Part shown: piece after piece, positions 35,425 through 48,500 of the stretch
How positions within the stretch are numbered: position 1 is the first letter of the stretch
Layout: every line of letters begins with the position of its first letter
Assembly (NCBI GenBank): GCA_046563655.1
Contig: JAJCTO010000011.1
Location: forward strand, 434,001 to 498,000
Length of the DNA stretch: 64,000 nucleotides
Direction: 5' to 3'
Source: Yuukianura sp. NJ FZ-2021
Lineage: Eukaryota
Notes under the pieces: generated by a model
The model's input: the letters and a program-made list of their open reading frames with translations, nothing else
What the model was told of the DNA's origin: nothing
The model's database searches: none
Translations under genes and position numbers: made by a program

Positions 35425-36020
35425 TTATGTGTACACTTTAAGTCTGACAAAAAATAGGGTCTCGACATACTGCACATATCTTTAGCCTGGATGAACACTT
35501 TGAACAAGAGATTAGGTGTTTACATGGTAGGAATACTTCACAGACCTTCTCTTCAAGGCAAATTTTGCATGTTAGATATGCTACTGCTTCCTGTACATTG
35601 TGTTATGGTAATTTTACGGCGGAGGCCTCAGAAGGTTTTTCGTTCCCCACGATTTGTTGATGCTCATTGTGAATCCCAGTGACATCTTCACACGTTTCGG
35701 TAATATATGGCATCGTGCGAATATAAGGACACGAGGGGAAATGCCGACGGTGTTCTTCCATAGGATCATCGTTCATTTCCCACTCCGACAATTCCAGAAC
35801 AAAAGACGCAGGCAACCTGAAACAATTTTGTACGAAAACGAAATTACTGATCAATCTATTTGAAAAAGCACAAGTGCTTATAACTCACCCGATCATCGAT
35901 TTTAATATAATAAAATCCAGCTGTCGCACAGCGTTCCGCGCTTAAAAATGGCACTGTCCACTTCACTTGACCATCGTAAAAAGTCTTCAGCCTTCCCGCG
36001 TATGATTTTAACTCGGCCAT
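35425..36020 (-). pseudogene. Inhibitor-of-apoptosis (single BIR + RING) pseudogene
   Basis: Exon 1 RLKTF..W..ATAGFYYIKIDDR, GT-AG intron, exon 2 VACVFC..(frameshift)EWEMNDDPMEEHRRHFPSCPY, in-frame TAA at 35603, then CKICLEEKVCEVFLPCKHLISCSKCSSRLKICAVCRDPI. Confidence 0.88.
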
Positions 36021-36259
36021 AATTCCTTGAACAATATTAGAAACGCATGAAGAAATAGGCTTGGAAAGAGCGACTAACCCAAGCAAACCCACTTATATCA
36101 GTACTTTCCTTTCGTTTTCTTCTTCCACATCTACCTCCCAAAACTTCTGCTAGCTCGTTGAGATTACAGGCTTATATCACCCGCTTCATCTTATCATTTA
36201 CCTCCTCCTCCTACCCTCCCCTTTCCTAGACCCTCAGGGGGAGGGGGGCTGGAGTTTTT

Positions 36260-36570
36260 TGAAATACTTCTTAAATTTTGAAAATACACTTTACCAGAAC
36301 TAAAAAGCTAGAATGTTAGAAGTTGTGATGCTGTTTTGAAAAAAAAAAACAATATTTTTGGAATTGGTGAAATTCTTTATAAATTTTCAAAATACACTTT
36401 TTCTCCAAAAGTAAAAAGCTAGAATGTTAGAAGGTGTGATGCTGTTTTGAAAAGAGTATTTTGGAAATCTTTGAATCTTTCATAAATTTTGAAGAGTCAG
36501 TTTTTCTTCAAAAGTAAAAAGCTTGAATGTTAGAAGGTGTGATGCTGTTTTGAAAAAAAAAAAAACAATA
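36260..36570 (+). repeat. Second block of the ~105-bp tandem repeat (about 3 copies)
   Basis: Same unit and orientation as 33540-33948. Confidence 0.8.
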
Positions 36571-36577
36571 TACACGC

Positions 36578-39500
36578 TACGCTATAGATACTTGGTAGTA
36601 ATACATTGACGTTTTAAGATTTTCACACGGTTTTTTGATACCGGTGCAAAGCAATTTTTCACCTAACATCTGACGCAGAGTCATCGTGGAAGGGATATAA
36701 GGCTTTTGAAGAATTTTCAACTTTTACGCTATAGAGACTTGGTAGTAATACATTGACGTTTTATGATTTTCACGCGGTTTTTTGAAACCAGTGCAAAGCA
36801 ATTTTTCACCTAACATCTGACGCAGAATCATCGTTGAAGGGATATAAGGCCTTTGAAGAATTTTCAACTTCTACGCTATACGGACTTGCTAGTTATACAT
36901 TGACATTTTATAATTACACACGGTTTTTTGAAACCAGTGTATGTAAAATAAATTTAAAGAAATTTTTCACCTAACATCTGACCCCAGAATCATCGTTGAA
37001 GGGATATAAGGCCTTTGAAGAATTTTCAACTTTTACGCTATAGAGACTTGGTAGTAATACATTGACGTTTTATGATTTTCACACGGTTTTTTGATACCAG
37101 TGCAAAGCAATTTTTCACCTAACATCTGACGCAGAATCATCGTGGAAGGGATATAAGGCTTTTGAAGAATTTTCAACTTTTACGCTATACGGACTTGCTA
37201 GTTATACATTGACATTTTATGATTCTCATACGGTTTTTGAAACCAGTGTAAAGCAATTTGTCAACTAACATCTGACGCAGAATCATCGTGGAAGGGATAT
37301 AAGGCCTTTGAAGAATTTTCAACTTTCACGCTATACGGACTTGCTAGTTATACATTGACATTTTATGATTTTCACACGGTTTTTTGAAACCAGTGTAAAG
37401 CAATTTTTCACCTAACATCTGACGCAGAATCATCGTGGAATGGATGTAAGGCCTTTGAAGAATTTTCAACTTTTACGCTTTAGGGACTTGGTAGTAATAC
37501 ATTGACATTTTATGATTCTTACACGGTTTTTTGAAACCAGTGTAAAGCAATTTTTCACCTAACATCTGACGCAGAACCATCGTGGAAGGGATATAAGGCT
37601 TTTGAAGAATTTTCAACTTTTACGCTATACGGACTTGCTAGTTATACATTGACATTTTATAATTACACACGGTTTTTTGTATCCAGTGTATGTAAAATAA
37701 ATTTAAAGAAATTTTTCACCTAACATCTGACCCCAGAATCATCGTTGAAGGGATATAAGGCCTTTGAAGAATTTTCAACTTTTACGCTATAGAGACTTGG
37801 TAGTAATACATTGACGTTTTATGATTTTCACACGGTTTTTTGATACCAGTGCAAAGCAATTTTTCACCTAACATCTGACGCAGAATCATCGTGGAAGGCA
37901 TATAAGGCTTTTGAAGAATTTTCAACTTTTACGCTATAGAGACTTGGTAGTAATACATTGACATTTTATGATTTTCACACGGTTTTTTGAAACCAGTGTA
38001 AAGCAATTTTTCACCTAACATCTGACGCAGAATCATCGTGGAATGGATGTAAGGCCTTTGAAGAATTTTCAACTTTTACGCTATACGGACTTGGTAGTAA
38101 TACATTGACATTTTATGATTTTCACACGGTTTTTTGAAACCAGTGTAAAGCAATTTTTCACCTAACATCTGACGCAGAATCATCGTGGAATGGATGTAAG
38201 GCCTTTGAAGAATTTTCAACTTTTACGCTTTAGGGACTTGGTAGTAATACATTGACATTTTATGACTTTTACACGGTTTTTTGAAACCAGTGTAAAGCAA
38301 TTTTTCACCTAACATCTGACGCAGAACCATCGGGGAAGGGATATAAGGCTTTTGAAGAATTTTCAACTTTTACGCTATACGGACTTGCTAGTTATACATT
38401 GACATTTTATAATTACACACGGTTTTTTGAATCCAGTGTATGTAAAATAAATTTAAAGAAATTTTTCACCTAACATCTGACCCCAGAATCATCGTTGAAG
38501 GGATATAAGGCCTTTGAAGAATTTTCAACTTTTACGCTATAGGGACTTGGTAGTAATACATTGACATTTTATGATTTTCATACGGTTTTTTGAAAACAAC
38601 GTAAAGCAATTTGTCATGTAGCATCTGACGCAGAATCATCGTGGAAGGGATATATGGCTTTCGAAGAATTTTCAACTTTTACGCTATACGGACTTGCTAG
38701 TTATACATTGACATTTTATGATTTTCACACGGTTTTTTGAAACCAGTGTAAAGCCATTTTTCACCTAACATCTGACGCAGAATCATCGTGGAAGGGATAT
38801 AAGGCCTTTGAAGAATTTTCAACTTCTACGCTATACGGACTTGCTAGTTATACATTGACATTTTATAATTACACACGGTTTTTTGAAACCTGTGTATGTA
38901 AAATAAATTTAAAGAAATTTTTCACCTAACATCTGACCCCAGAATCATCGTTGAAGGGATATAAGGCCTTTGAAGAATTTTCAACTTTTACGCTATAGAG
39001 ACTTGGTAGTAATACATTGACGTTTTATGATTTTCACACGGTTTTTTGAAACCAGTGTAAAGCAATTTTTCACCTAACATCTGACGCAGATTCATCGTTG
39101 AAGGGATATAAGGCTTTTGAAGAATTTTCAACTTTTACGCTATAGGGACTTGGTAGTAATACATTGACATTTTATGATTTTTACACGGTTTTTTGAAACC
39201 AGTGCAAAGCAATTTTTCACCTAACATCTGACGCAGAATCATCGTGGAAGGGATATAAGGCTTTTGAAGAATTTTCAACTTTTACGCTATACGGACTTGC
39301 TAGTTATACATTGACATTTTATTATTTTCACACGGTTTTTTGAAACCAGTGTAAAGCAATTTGTCAACTAACATCTGACGCAGAATCATCGTGGAAGGGA
39401 TATAAGGCCTTTGAAGAATTTTCAACTTTTACGCTATAGAGACTTGGTAGTAATACATTGACATTTTATGATTTTTACACGGTTTTTTGAAACCAGTGTA

Positions 39501-42500
39501 AAGAATTTTTTCACCTAACATCTGACGCAGAACCATCGTGGAAGGGATATAAGGCTTTTGAAGAATTTTCAACTTTTACGCTATACGGACTTGCTAGTTA
39601 TACATTGACATTTTATAATTACACACGGTTTTTTGAAACCAGTGTATGTAAAATAAATTTAAAGAAATTTTTCACCTAACATCTGACCCCAGAATCATCG
39701 TTGAAGGGATATAAGGCCTTTGAAGAATTTTCAACTTTTACGCTATAGAGACTTGGTAGTAATACATCGACGTTTTATGATTTTCACGCGGTTTTTTGAA
39801 ACCAGTGCAAAGCAATTTTTCACCTAACATCTGACGCAGAATCATCGTGGAAGGGATATAAGGCTTTTGAAGAATTATCAACTTTCACGCTATACGGACT
39901 TGCTAGTTATACATTGACATTTTATAATTACACACGGTTTTTTGAAACCAGTGTATGTAAAATAAATTTAAAGAAATTTTTCACCTAACATCTGACGCAG
40001 AACCATCGTGGAAGGGATATAAGGCTTTTGAAGAATTTTCAACTTTTACGCTATACGGACTTGCTAGTTATACATTGACATTTTATAATTACACACGGTT
40101 TTTTGAATCCAGTGTATGTAAAATAAATTTAAAGAAATTTTTCACCTAACATCTGACCCCAGAATCATCGTTGAAGGGATATAAGGCCTTTGAAGAATTT
40201 TCAACTTTTACGCTATAGGGACTTGGTAGTAATACATTGACATTTTATGATTTTCATACGGTTTTTTGAAACCAACGTAAAGCAATTTGTCATGTAGCAT
40301 CTGACGCAGAATCATCGTGGAAGGATGTATGGCTTTCGAAGAATTTTCAACTTTTACGCTATACGGACTTGCTAGTTATACATTGACATTTTATGATTTT
40401 CACACGGTTTTTTGAAACCAGTGTAAAGCCATTTTTCACCTAACATCTGACGCAGAATCATCGTGGAAGGGATATAAGGCCTTTGAAGAATTTTCAACTT
40501 CTACGCTATACGGACTTGCTAGTTATACATTGACATTTTATAATTACACACGGTTTTTTGAAACCAGTGTATGTAAAATAAATGTAAAGAAATTTTTCAC
40601 CTAGCATCTCACCCCATAATCATCGTTGAAGGGATATAAGGCCTTTGAAGAATTTTCAACTTTTACGCTATAGAGACTTGGTAGTAATACATTGACGTTT
40701 TATGATTTTCACACGGTTTTTTGAAACCAGTGTAAAGCAATTTTTCACCTAACATCTGACGCAGATTCATCGTTGAAGGGATATAGGGCTTTTGAAGAAT
40801 TTTCAACTTTTACGCTATAGGGACTTGGTAGTAATACATTGACATTTTATGATTTTTACACGGTTTTTTGAAACCAGTGCAAAGCAATTTTTCACATAAC
40901 ATCTGACGCAGAATCATCGTGGAAGGGATATAAGGCTTTTGAAGAATTTTCAACTTTTACGCTATACGGACTTGCTAGTTATACATTGACATTTTATTAT
41001 TTTCACACGGTTTTTTGAAACCAGTGTAAAGCAATTTGTCAACTAACATCTGACGCAGAATCATCGTGGAAGGGATATAAGGCCTTTGAAGAATTTTCAA
41101 CTTTCACGCTATACGGACTTGCTAGTTATACATTGACATTTTATAATTACACACGGTTTTTTGAAACCAGTGTATGTAAAATAAATTTAAAGAAATTTTT
41201 CACCTAACATCTGACCCCATAATCATCGTTAAAGGGATATAAGGCCTTTGAAGAATTTTCAACTTTTACGCTATAGGGACTTGGTAGTAATACATTGACA
41301 GTTTATGATTTTTGCACGGTTTTTTGAAACCAGTGTAAAGCAATTTTTCACATAACATCTGACGCAGAATCATCATGGAAGGGATATACGGCTTTTGAAG
41401 AATTTTCAACTTTTACGCTATAGGGACTTGGTAGTAATACATTGACATTTTATGATTTTCATACGGTTTTTTGAAACCAACGTAAAGCAATTTGTCATGT
41501 AGCATCTGACGCAGAATCATCGTGGAAGGGATATAAGGCCTTTGAAGAATTTTCAACTTTTACGCTATAGAGACTTGGTAGTAATACATTGACATTTTAT
41601 GATTTTTACACGGTTTTTTGAAACCAGTGTAAAGAATTTTTTCACCTAACATCTGACGCAGAACCATCGTGGAAGGGATATAAGGCTTTTGAAGAATTTT
41701 CAACTTTTACGCTATACGGACTTGCTAGTTATACATTGACATTTTATAATTACACACGGTTTTTTGAAACCAGTGTATGTAAAATAAATTTAAAGAAATT
41801 TTTCACCTAACATCTGACCCCAGAATCATCGTTGAAGGGATATAAGGCCTTTGAAGAATTTTCAACTTTTACGCTATAGAGACTTGGTAGTAATACATTG
41901 ACGTTTTATGATTTTCACGCGGTTTTTTGAAACCAGTGCAAAGCAATTTTTCACCTAACATCTGACGCAGAATCATCGTTGAAGGGATATAAGGCTTTTG
42001 AAGAATTTTCAACTTTTACGCTATAAGGACTTGGTAGTAATACATTGACATTTTATGATTTTTACACGGTTTTTTGAAACCAGTGCAAAGCAATTTTTCA
42101 CCTAACATCTGACGCAGAATCATCGTGGAAGGGATATAAGGCTTTTGAAGAATTTTCAACTTTTACGCTATACGGACTTGCTAGTTATACATTGACATTT
42201 TATTATTTTCACACGGTTTTTTGAAACCAGTGTAAAGCAATTTGTCAACTAACATCTGACGCAGAATCATCGTGGAAGGGATATAAGGCCTTTGAAGAAT
42301 TTTCAACTTTCACGCTATACGGACTTGCTAGTTATACATTGACATTTTATAATTGCACACGGTTTTTTGAAACCAGTGTATGTAAAATAAATTTAAAGAA
42401 ATTTTTCACCTAACATCTGACCCCATAATCATCGTTAAAGGGATATAAGGCCTTTGAAGAATTTTCAACTTTTACGCTATAGGGACTTGGTAGTAATACA

Positions 42501-45500
42501 TTGACATTTTATGATTTTCATACGGTTTTTTGAAACCAACGTAAAGCAATTTGTCATGTAGCATCTGACGCAGAATCATCGTGGAAGGGATATATGGCTT
42601 TCGAAGAATTTTCAACTTTTACGCTATACGGACTTGGTAGTAATACATTGACGTTTTATGATTTTCACACGGTTTTTTGAAACCAGTGTATGTAAAATAA
42701 ATTTAAAGAAATTTTTCACCTAACATCTGACCCCAGAATCATCGTTGAAGGGATATAAGGCCTTTGAAGAATTTTCAACTTTTACGCTATAGAGACTTGG
42801 TAGTAATACATTGACGTTTTATGATTTTCACACGGTTTTTTGAAACCAGTGTAAAGCAATTTTTCACCTAACATCTGACGCAGATTCATCGTTGAAGGGA
42901 TATATGGCTTTCGAAGAATTTTCAACTTTTACGCTATACGGACTTGCTAGTTATACATTGACACTTTATGATTTTCACACGGTTTTTTGAAACCAGTGTA
43001 AAGCCATTTTTCACCTAACATCTGACGCAGAATCATCGTGGAAGGGATATAAGGCCTTTGAAGAATTTTCAACTTCTACGCTATACGGACTTGCTAGTTA
43101 TACATTGACATTTTATAATTACACACGGTTTTTTGAAACCAGTGTATGTAAAATAAATTTAAAGAAATTTTTCACCTAACATCTGACCCCAGAATCATCG
43201 TTGAAGGGATATAAGGCCTTTGAAGAATTTTCAACTTTTACGCTATAGAGACTTCGTAGTAATACATTGACGTTTTATGATTTTCAAACGGTTTTTTGAT
43301 ACCAGTGCAAAGCAATTTTTCACCTAACATCTGACGCAGAATCATCGTGGAAGGGATATACGGCCTTTGAAGAATTTTCAACTTTCACGCTATACGGACT
43401 TGCTAGTTATACATTGACATTTTATAATTACACACGGTTTTTTGAAACCAGTGTATGTAAAATAAATTTAAAGAAATTTTTCACCTAACATCTGACCCCA
43501 GAATCATCGCTGAAGGGATATAAGGCCTTTGAAGAATTTTCAACTTTTACGCTATAGAGACTTGGTAGTAATACATTGACGTTTTATGATTTTCACACGG
43601 TTTTTTGAAACCAGTGTAAAGCAATTTTTCACCTAACATCTGACGCAGATTCATCGTTGAAGGGATATAAGGCTTTTGAAGAATTTTCAACTTTTACGCT
43701 ATAGGGACTTGGTAGTAATACATTGACATTTTATGATTTTTACACGGTTTTTTGAAACCAGTGCAAAGCAATTTTTCACCTAACATCTGACGCAGAATCA
43801 TCGTGGAAGGGATATAAGGCTTTTGAAGAATTTTCAACTTTTACGCTATACGGACTTGCTAGTTATACATTGACATTTTATTATTTTCACACGGTTTTTT
43901 GAAACCAGTGTAAAGCAATTTGTCAACTAACATCTGACGCAGAATCATCGTGGAAGGGATATAAGGCCTTTGAAGAATTCTCAACTTTCACGCTATACGG
44001 ACTTGCTAGTTATACATTGACATTTTATAATTACACACGGTTTTTTGAAACCAGTGTATGTAAAATAAATTTAAAGAAATTTTTCACCTAACATCTGACC
44101 CCATAATCATCGTTAAAGGGATATAAGGCCTTTGAAGAATTTTCAACTTTTACGCTATAGGGACTTGGTAGTAATACATTGACATTTTATGATTTTCATA
44201 CGGTTTTTTGAAACCAACGTAAAGCAATTTGTCATGTAGCATCTGACGCAGAATCATCGTGGAAGGGATATACGGCCTTTGAAGAATTTTCAACTTTCAC
44301 GCTATACGGACTTGCTAGTTATACATTGACATTTTATAATTACACACGGTTTTTTGAAACCAGTGTATGTAAAATAAATTTAAAGAAATTTTTCACCTAA
44401 CATCTGACCCCAGAATCATCGCTGAAGGGATATAAGGCCTTTGAAGAATTTTCAACTTTTACGCTATAGAGACTTGGTAGTAATACATTGACGTTTTATG
44501 ATTTTCACACGGTTTTTTGAAACCAGTGTAAAGCAATTTTTCACCTAACATCTGACGCAGATTCATCGTTGAAGGGATATAAGGCTTTTGAAGAATTTTC
44601 AACTTTTACGCTATAGGGACTTGGTAGTAATACATTGACATTTTATGATTTTTACACGGTTTTTTGAAACCAGTGCAAAGCAATTTTTCACCTAACATCT
44701 GACGCAGAATCATCGTGGAAGGGATATAAGGCTTTTGAAGAATTTTCAACTTTTACGCTATACGGACTTGCTAGTTATACATTGACATTTTATTATTTTC
44801 ACACGGTTTTTTGAAACCAGTGTAAAGCAATTTGTCAACTAACATCTGACGCAGAATCATCGTGGAAGGGATATAAGGCCTTTGAAGAATTTTCAACTTT
44901 CACGCTATACGGACTTGCTAGTTATACATTGACATTTTATAATTACACACGGTTTTTTGAAACCAGTGTATGTAAAATAAATTTAAAGAAATTTTTCACC
45001 TAACATCTGACCCCATAATCATCGTTAAAGGGATATAAGGCCTTTGAAGAATTTTCAACTTTTACGCTATAGGGACTTGGTAGTAATACATTGACAGTTT
45101 ATGATTTTTGCACGGTTTTTGAAACCAGTGTAAAGCAATTTTTCACATAACATCTGACGCAGAATCATCATGGAAGGGATATACGGCTTTTGAAGAATTT
45201 TCAACTTTTACGCTATAGGGACTTGGTAGTAATACATTGACATTTTATGATTTTCATACGGTTTTTTGAAACCAACGTAAAGCAATTTGTCATGTAGCAT
45301 CTGACGCAGAATCATCGTGGAAGGGATATATGGCTTTCGAAGAATTTTCAACTTTTACGCTATACGGACTTGCTAGTTATACATTGACATTTTATGATTT
45401 TCACACGGTTTTTTGAAACCAGTGCAAAGCAATTTTTCACCTAACATCTGACGCAGAATCATCGTGGAAGGGATATAAGGCCTTTGAAGAATTTTCAACT

Positions 45501-48500
45501 TCTACGCTATACGGACTTGCTAGTTATACATTGACATTTTATAATTACACACGGTTTTTTGAAACCAGTGTATGTAAAATAAATTTAAAGAAATTTTTCA
45601 CCTAACATCTGACCCCAGAATCATCGTTGAAGGGATATAAGGCCTTTGAAGAATTTTCAACTTTTACGCTATAGAGACTTCGTAGTAATACATTGACCTT
45701 TTATGATTTTCAAACGGTTTTTTGATACCAGTGCAAAGCAATTTTTCACCTAACATCTGACGCAGAATCATCGTGGAAGGGATATACGGCCTTTGAAGAA
45801 TTTTCAACTTTCACGCTATACGGACTTGCTAGTTATACATTGACATTTTATAATTACACACGGTTTTTTGAAACCAGTGTATGTAAAATAAATGTAAAGA
45901 AATTTTTCACCTAACATCTGACCCCAGAATCATCGTTGAAGGGATATAAGGCCTTTGAAGAATTTTCAACTTTTACGCTATAGAGACTTGGTAGTAATAC
46001 ATTGACGTTTTATGATTTTCACACGGTTTTTTGAAACCAGTGTAAAGCAATTTTTCACCTAACATCTGACGCAGATTCATCGTTGAAGGGATATAAGGCT
46101 TTTGAAGAATTTTCAACTTTTACGCTATAGGGACTTGGTAGTAATACATTGACATTTTATGATTTTTACACGGTTTTTGAAACCAGTGCAAAGCAATTTT
46201 TCACCTAACATCTGACGCAGAATCATCGTGGAAGGGATATAAGGCTTTTGAAGAATTTTCAACTTTTACGCTATACGGACTTGCTAGTTATACATTGACA
46301 TTTTATTATTTTCACACGGTTTTTTGAAACCAGTGTATGTAAAATAAATTTAAAGAAATTTTTCACCTAACATCTGACCCCATAATCATCGTTAAAGGGA
46401 TATAAGGCCTTTGAAGAATTTTCAACTTTTACGCTATAGGGACTTGGTAGTAATACATTGACAGTTTATGATTTTTGCACGGTTTTTGAAACCAGTGTAA
46501 AGCAATTTTTCACATAACATCTGACGCAGAATCATCATGGAAGGGATATACGGCTTTTGAAGAATTTTCAACTTTTACGCTATAGGGACTTGGTAGTAAT
46601 ACATTGACATTTTATGATTTTCATACGGTTTTTTGAAACCAACGTAAAGCAATTTGTCATGTAGCATCTGACGCAGAATCATCGTGGAAGGGATATATGG
46701 CTTTCGAAGAATTTTCAACTTTTACGCTATACGGACTTGCTAGTTATACATTGACATTTTATGATTTTCAAACGGTTTTTTGATACCAGTGTAAAGCCAT
46801 TTTTCACCTAACATCTGACGCAGAATCATCGTGGAAGGGATATAAGGCTTTTGAAGAATTTTCAACTTTTACGCTATAGAGACTTGGTAGTAATACATTG
46901 ACGTTTTATGATTTTCACACGGTTTTTTGATACCAGTGCAAAGCAATTTTTCACCTAACATCTGACGCAGAATCATCGTGGAAGGGATATAAGGCTTTTG
47001 AAGAATTTTCAACTTTTACGCTATAGAGACTTGGTAGTAATACATTGACATTTTATGATTTTTACACGGTTTTTTGAAACCAGTGCAAAGCAATTTTTCA
47101 CCTAACATCTGACGCAGAATCATCGTGGAAGGGATATAAGGCTTTTGAAGAATTTTCAACTTTTACGCTATACGGACTTGCTAGTTATACATTGACATTT
47201 TATTATTTTCACACGGTTTTTTGAAACCAGTGTAAAGCTATTTGTCAACTAACATCTGACGCAGAATCATCGTGGAAGGGATATAAGGCCTTTGAAGAAT
47301 TTTCAACTTTCACGCTATACGGACTTGCTAGTTATACATTGACATTTTATGATTTTCACACGGTTTTTTGAAACCAGTGTAAAGCAATTTGTCAACTAAC
47401 ATCTGACGCAGAATCATCGTGGAAGGGATATAAGGCCTTTGAAGAATTTTCAACTTTTACGCTATAGAGACTTGGTAGTAATACATTGACATTTTATGAT
47501 TTTTACACGGTTTTTTGAAACCAGTGTAAAGCAATTTTTCACCTAACATCTGACGCAGATTCATCGTTGAAGGGATATAAGGCTTTTGAAGAATTTTCAA
47601 CTTTTACGCTATAGGGACTTGGTAGTAATACATTGACATTTTATGATTTTTACACGGTTTTTTGAAACCAGTGCAAAGCAATTTTTCACCTAACATCTGA
47701 CGCAGAATCATCGTGGAAGGGATATAAGGCTTTTGAAGAATTTTCAACTTTTACGCTATACGGACTTGCTAGTTATACATTGACATTTTATTATTTTCAC
47801 ACGGTTTTTTGAAACCAGTGTAAAGCAATTTGTCAACTAACATCTGACGCAGAATCATCGTGGAAGGGATATAAGGCCTTTGAAGAATTTTCAACTTTTA
47901 CGCTATAGAGACTTGGTAGTAATACATTGACATTTTATGATTTTTACACGGTTTTTTGAAACCAGTGTAAAGCAATTTTTCACCTAACATCTGACGCAGA
48001 TTCATCGTTGAAGGGATATAAGGCTTTTGAAGAATTTTCAACTTTTACGCTATAGGGACTTGGTAGTAATACATTGACATTTTATGATTTTTACACGGTT
48101 TTTTGAAACCAGTGCAAAGCAATTTTTCACCTAACATCTGACGCAGAATCATCGTGGAAGGGATATAAGGCTTTTGAAGAATTTTCAACTTTTACGCTAT
48201 ACGGACTTGCTAGTTATACATTGACATTTTATTATTTTCACACGGTTTTTTGAAACCAGTGTAAAGCAATTTGTCAACTAACATCTGACGCAGAATCATC
48301 GTGGAAGGGATATAAGGCCTTTGAAGAATTTTCAACTTTTACGCTATAGAGACTTGGTAGTAATACATTGACATTTTATGATTTTTACACGGTTTTTTGA
48401 AACCAGTGTAAAGAATTTTTTCACCTAACATCTGACGCAGAACCATCGTGGAAGGGATATAAGGCTTTTGAAGAATTTTCAACTTTTACGCTATACGGAC

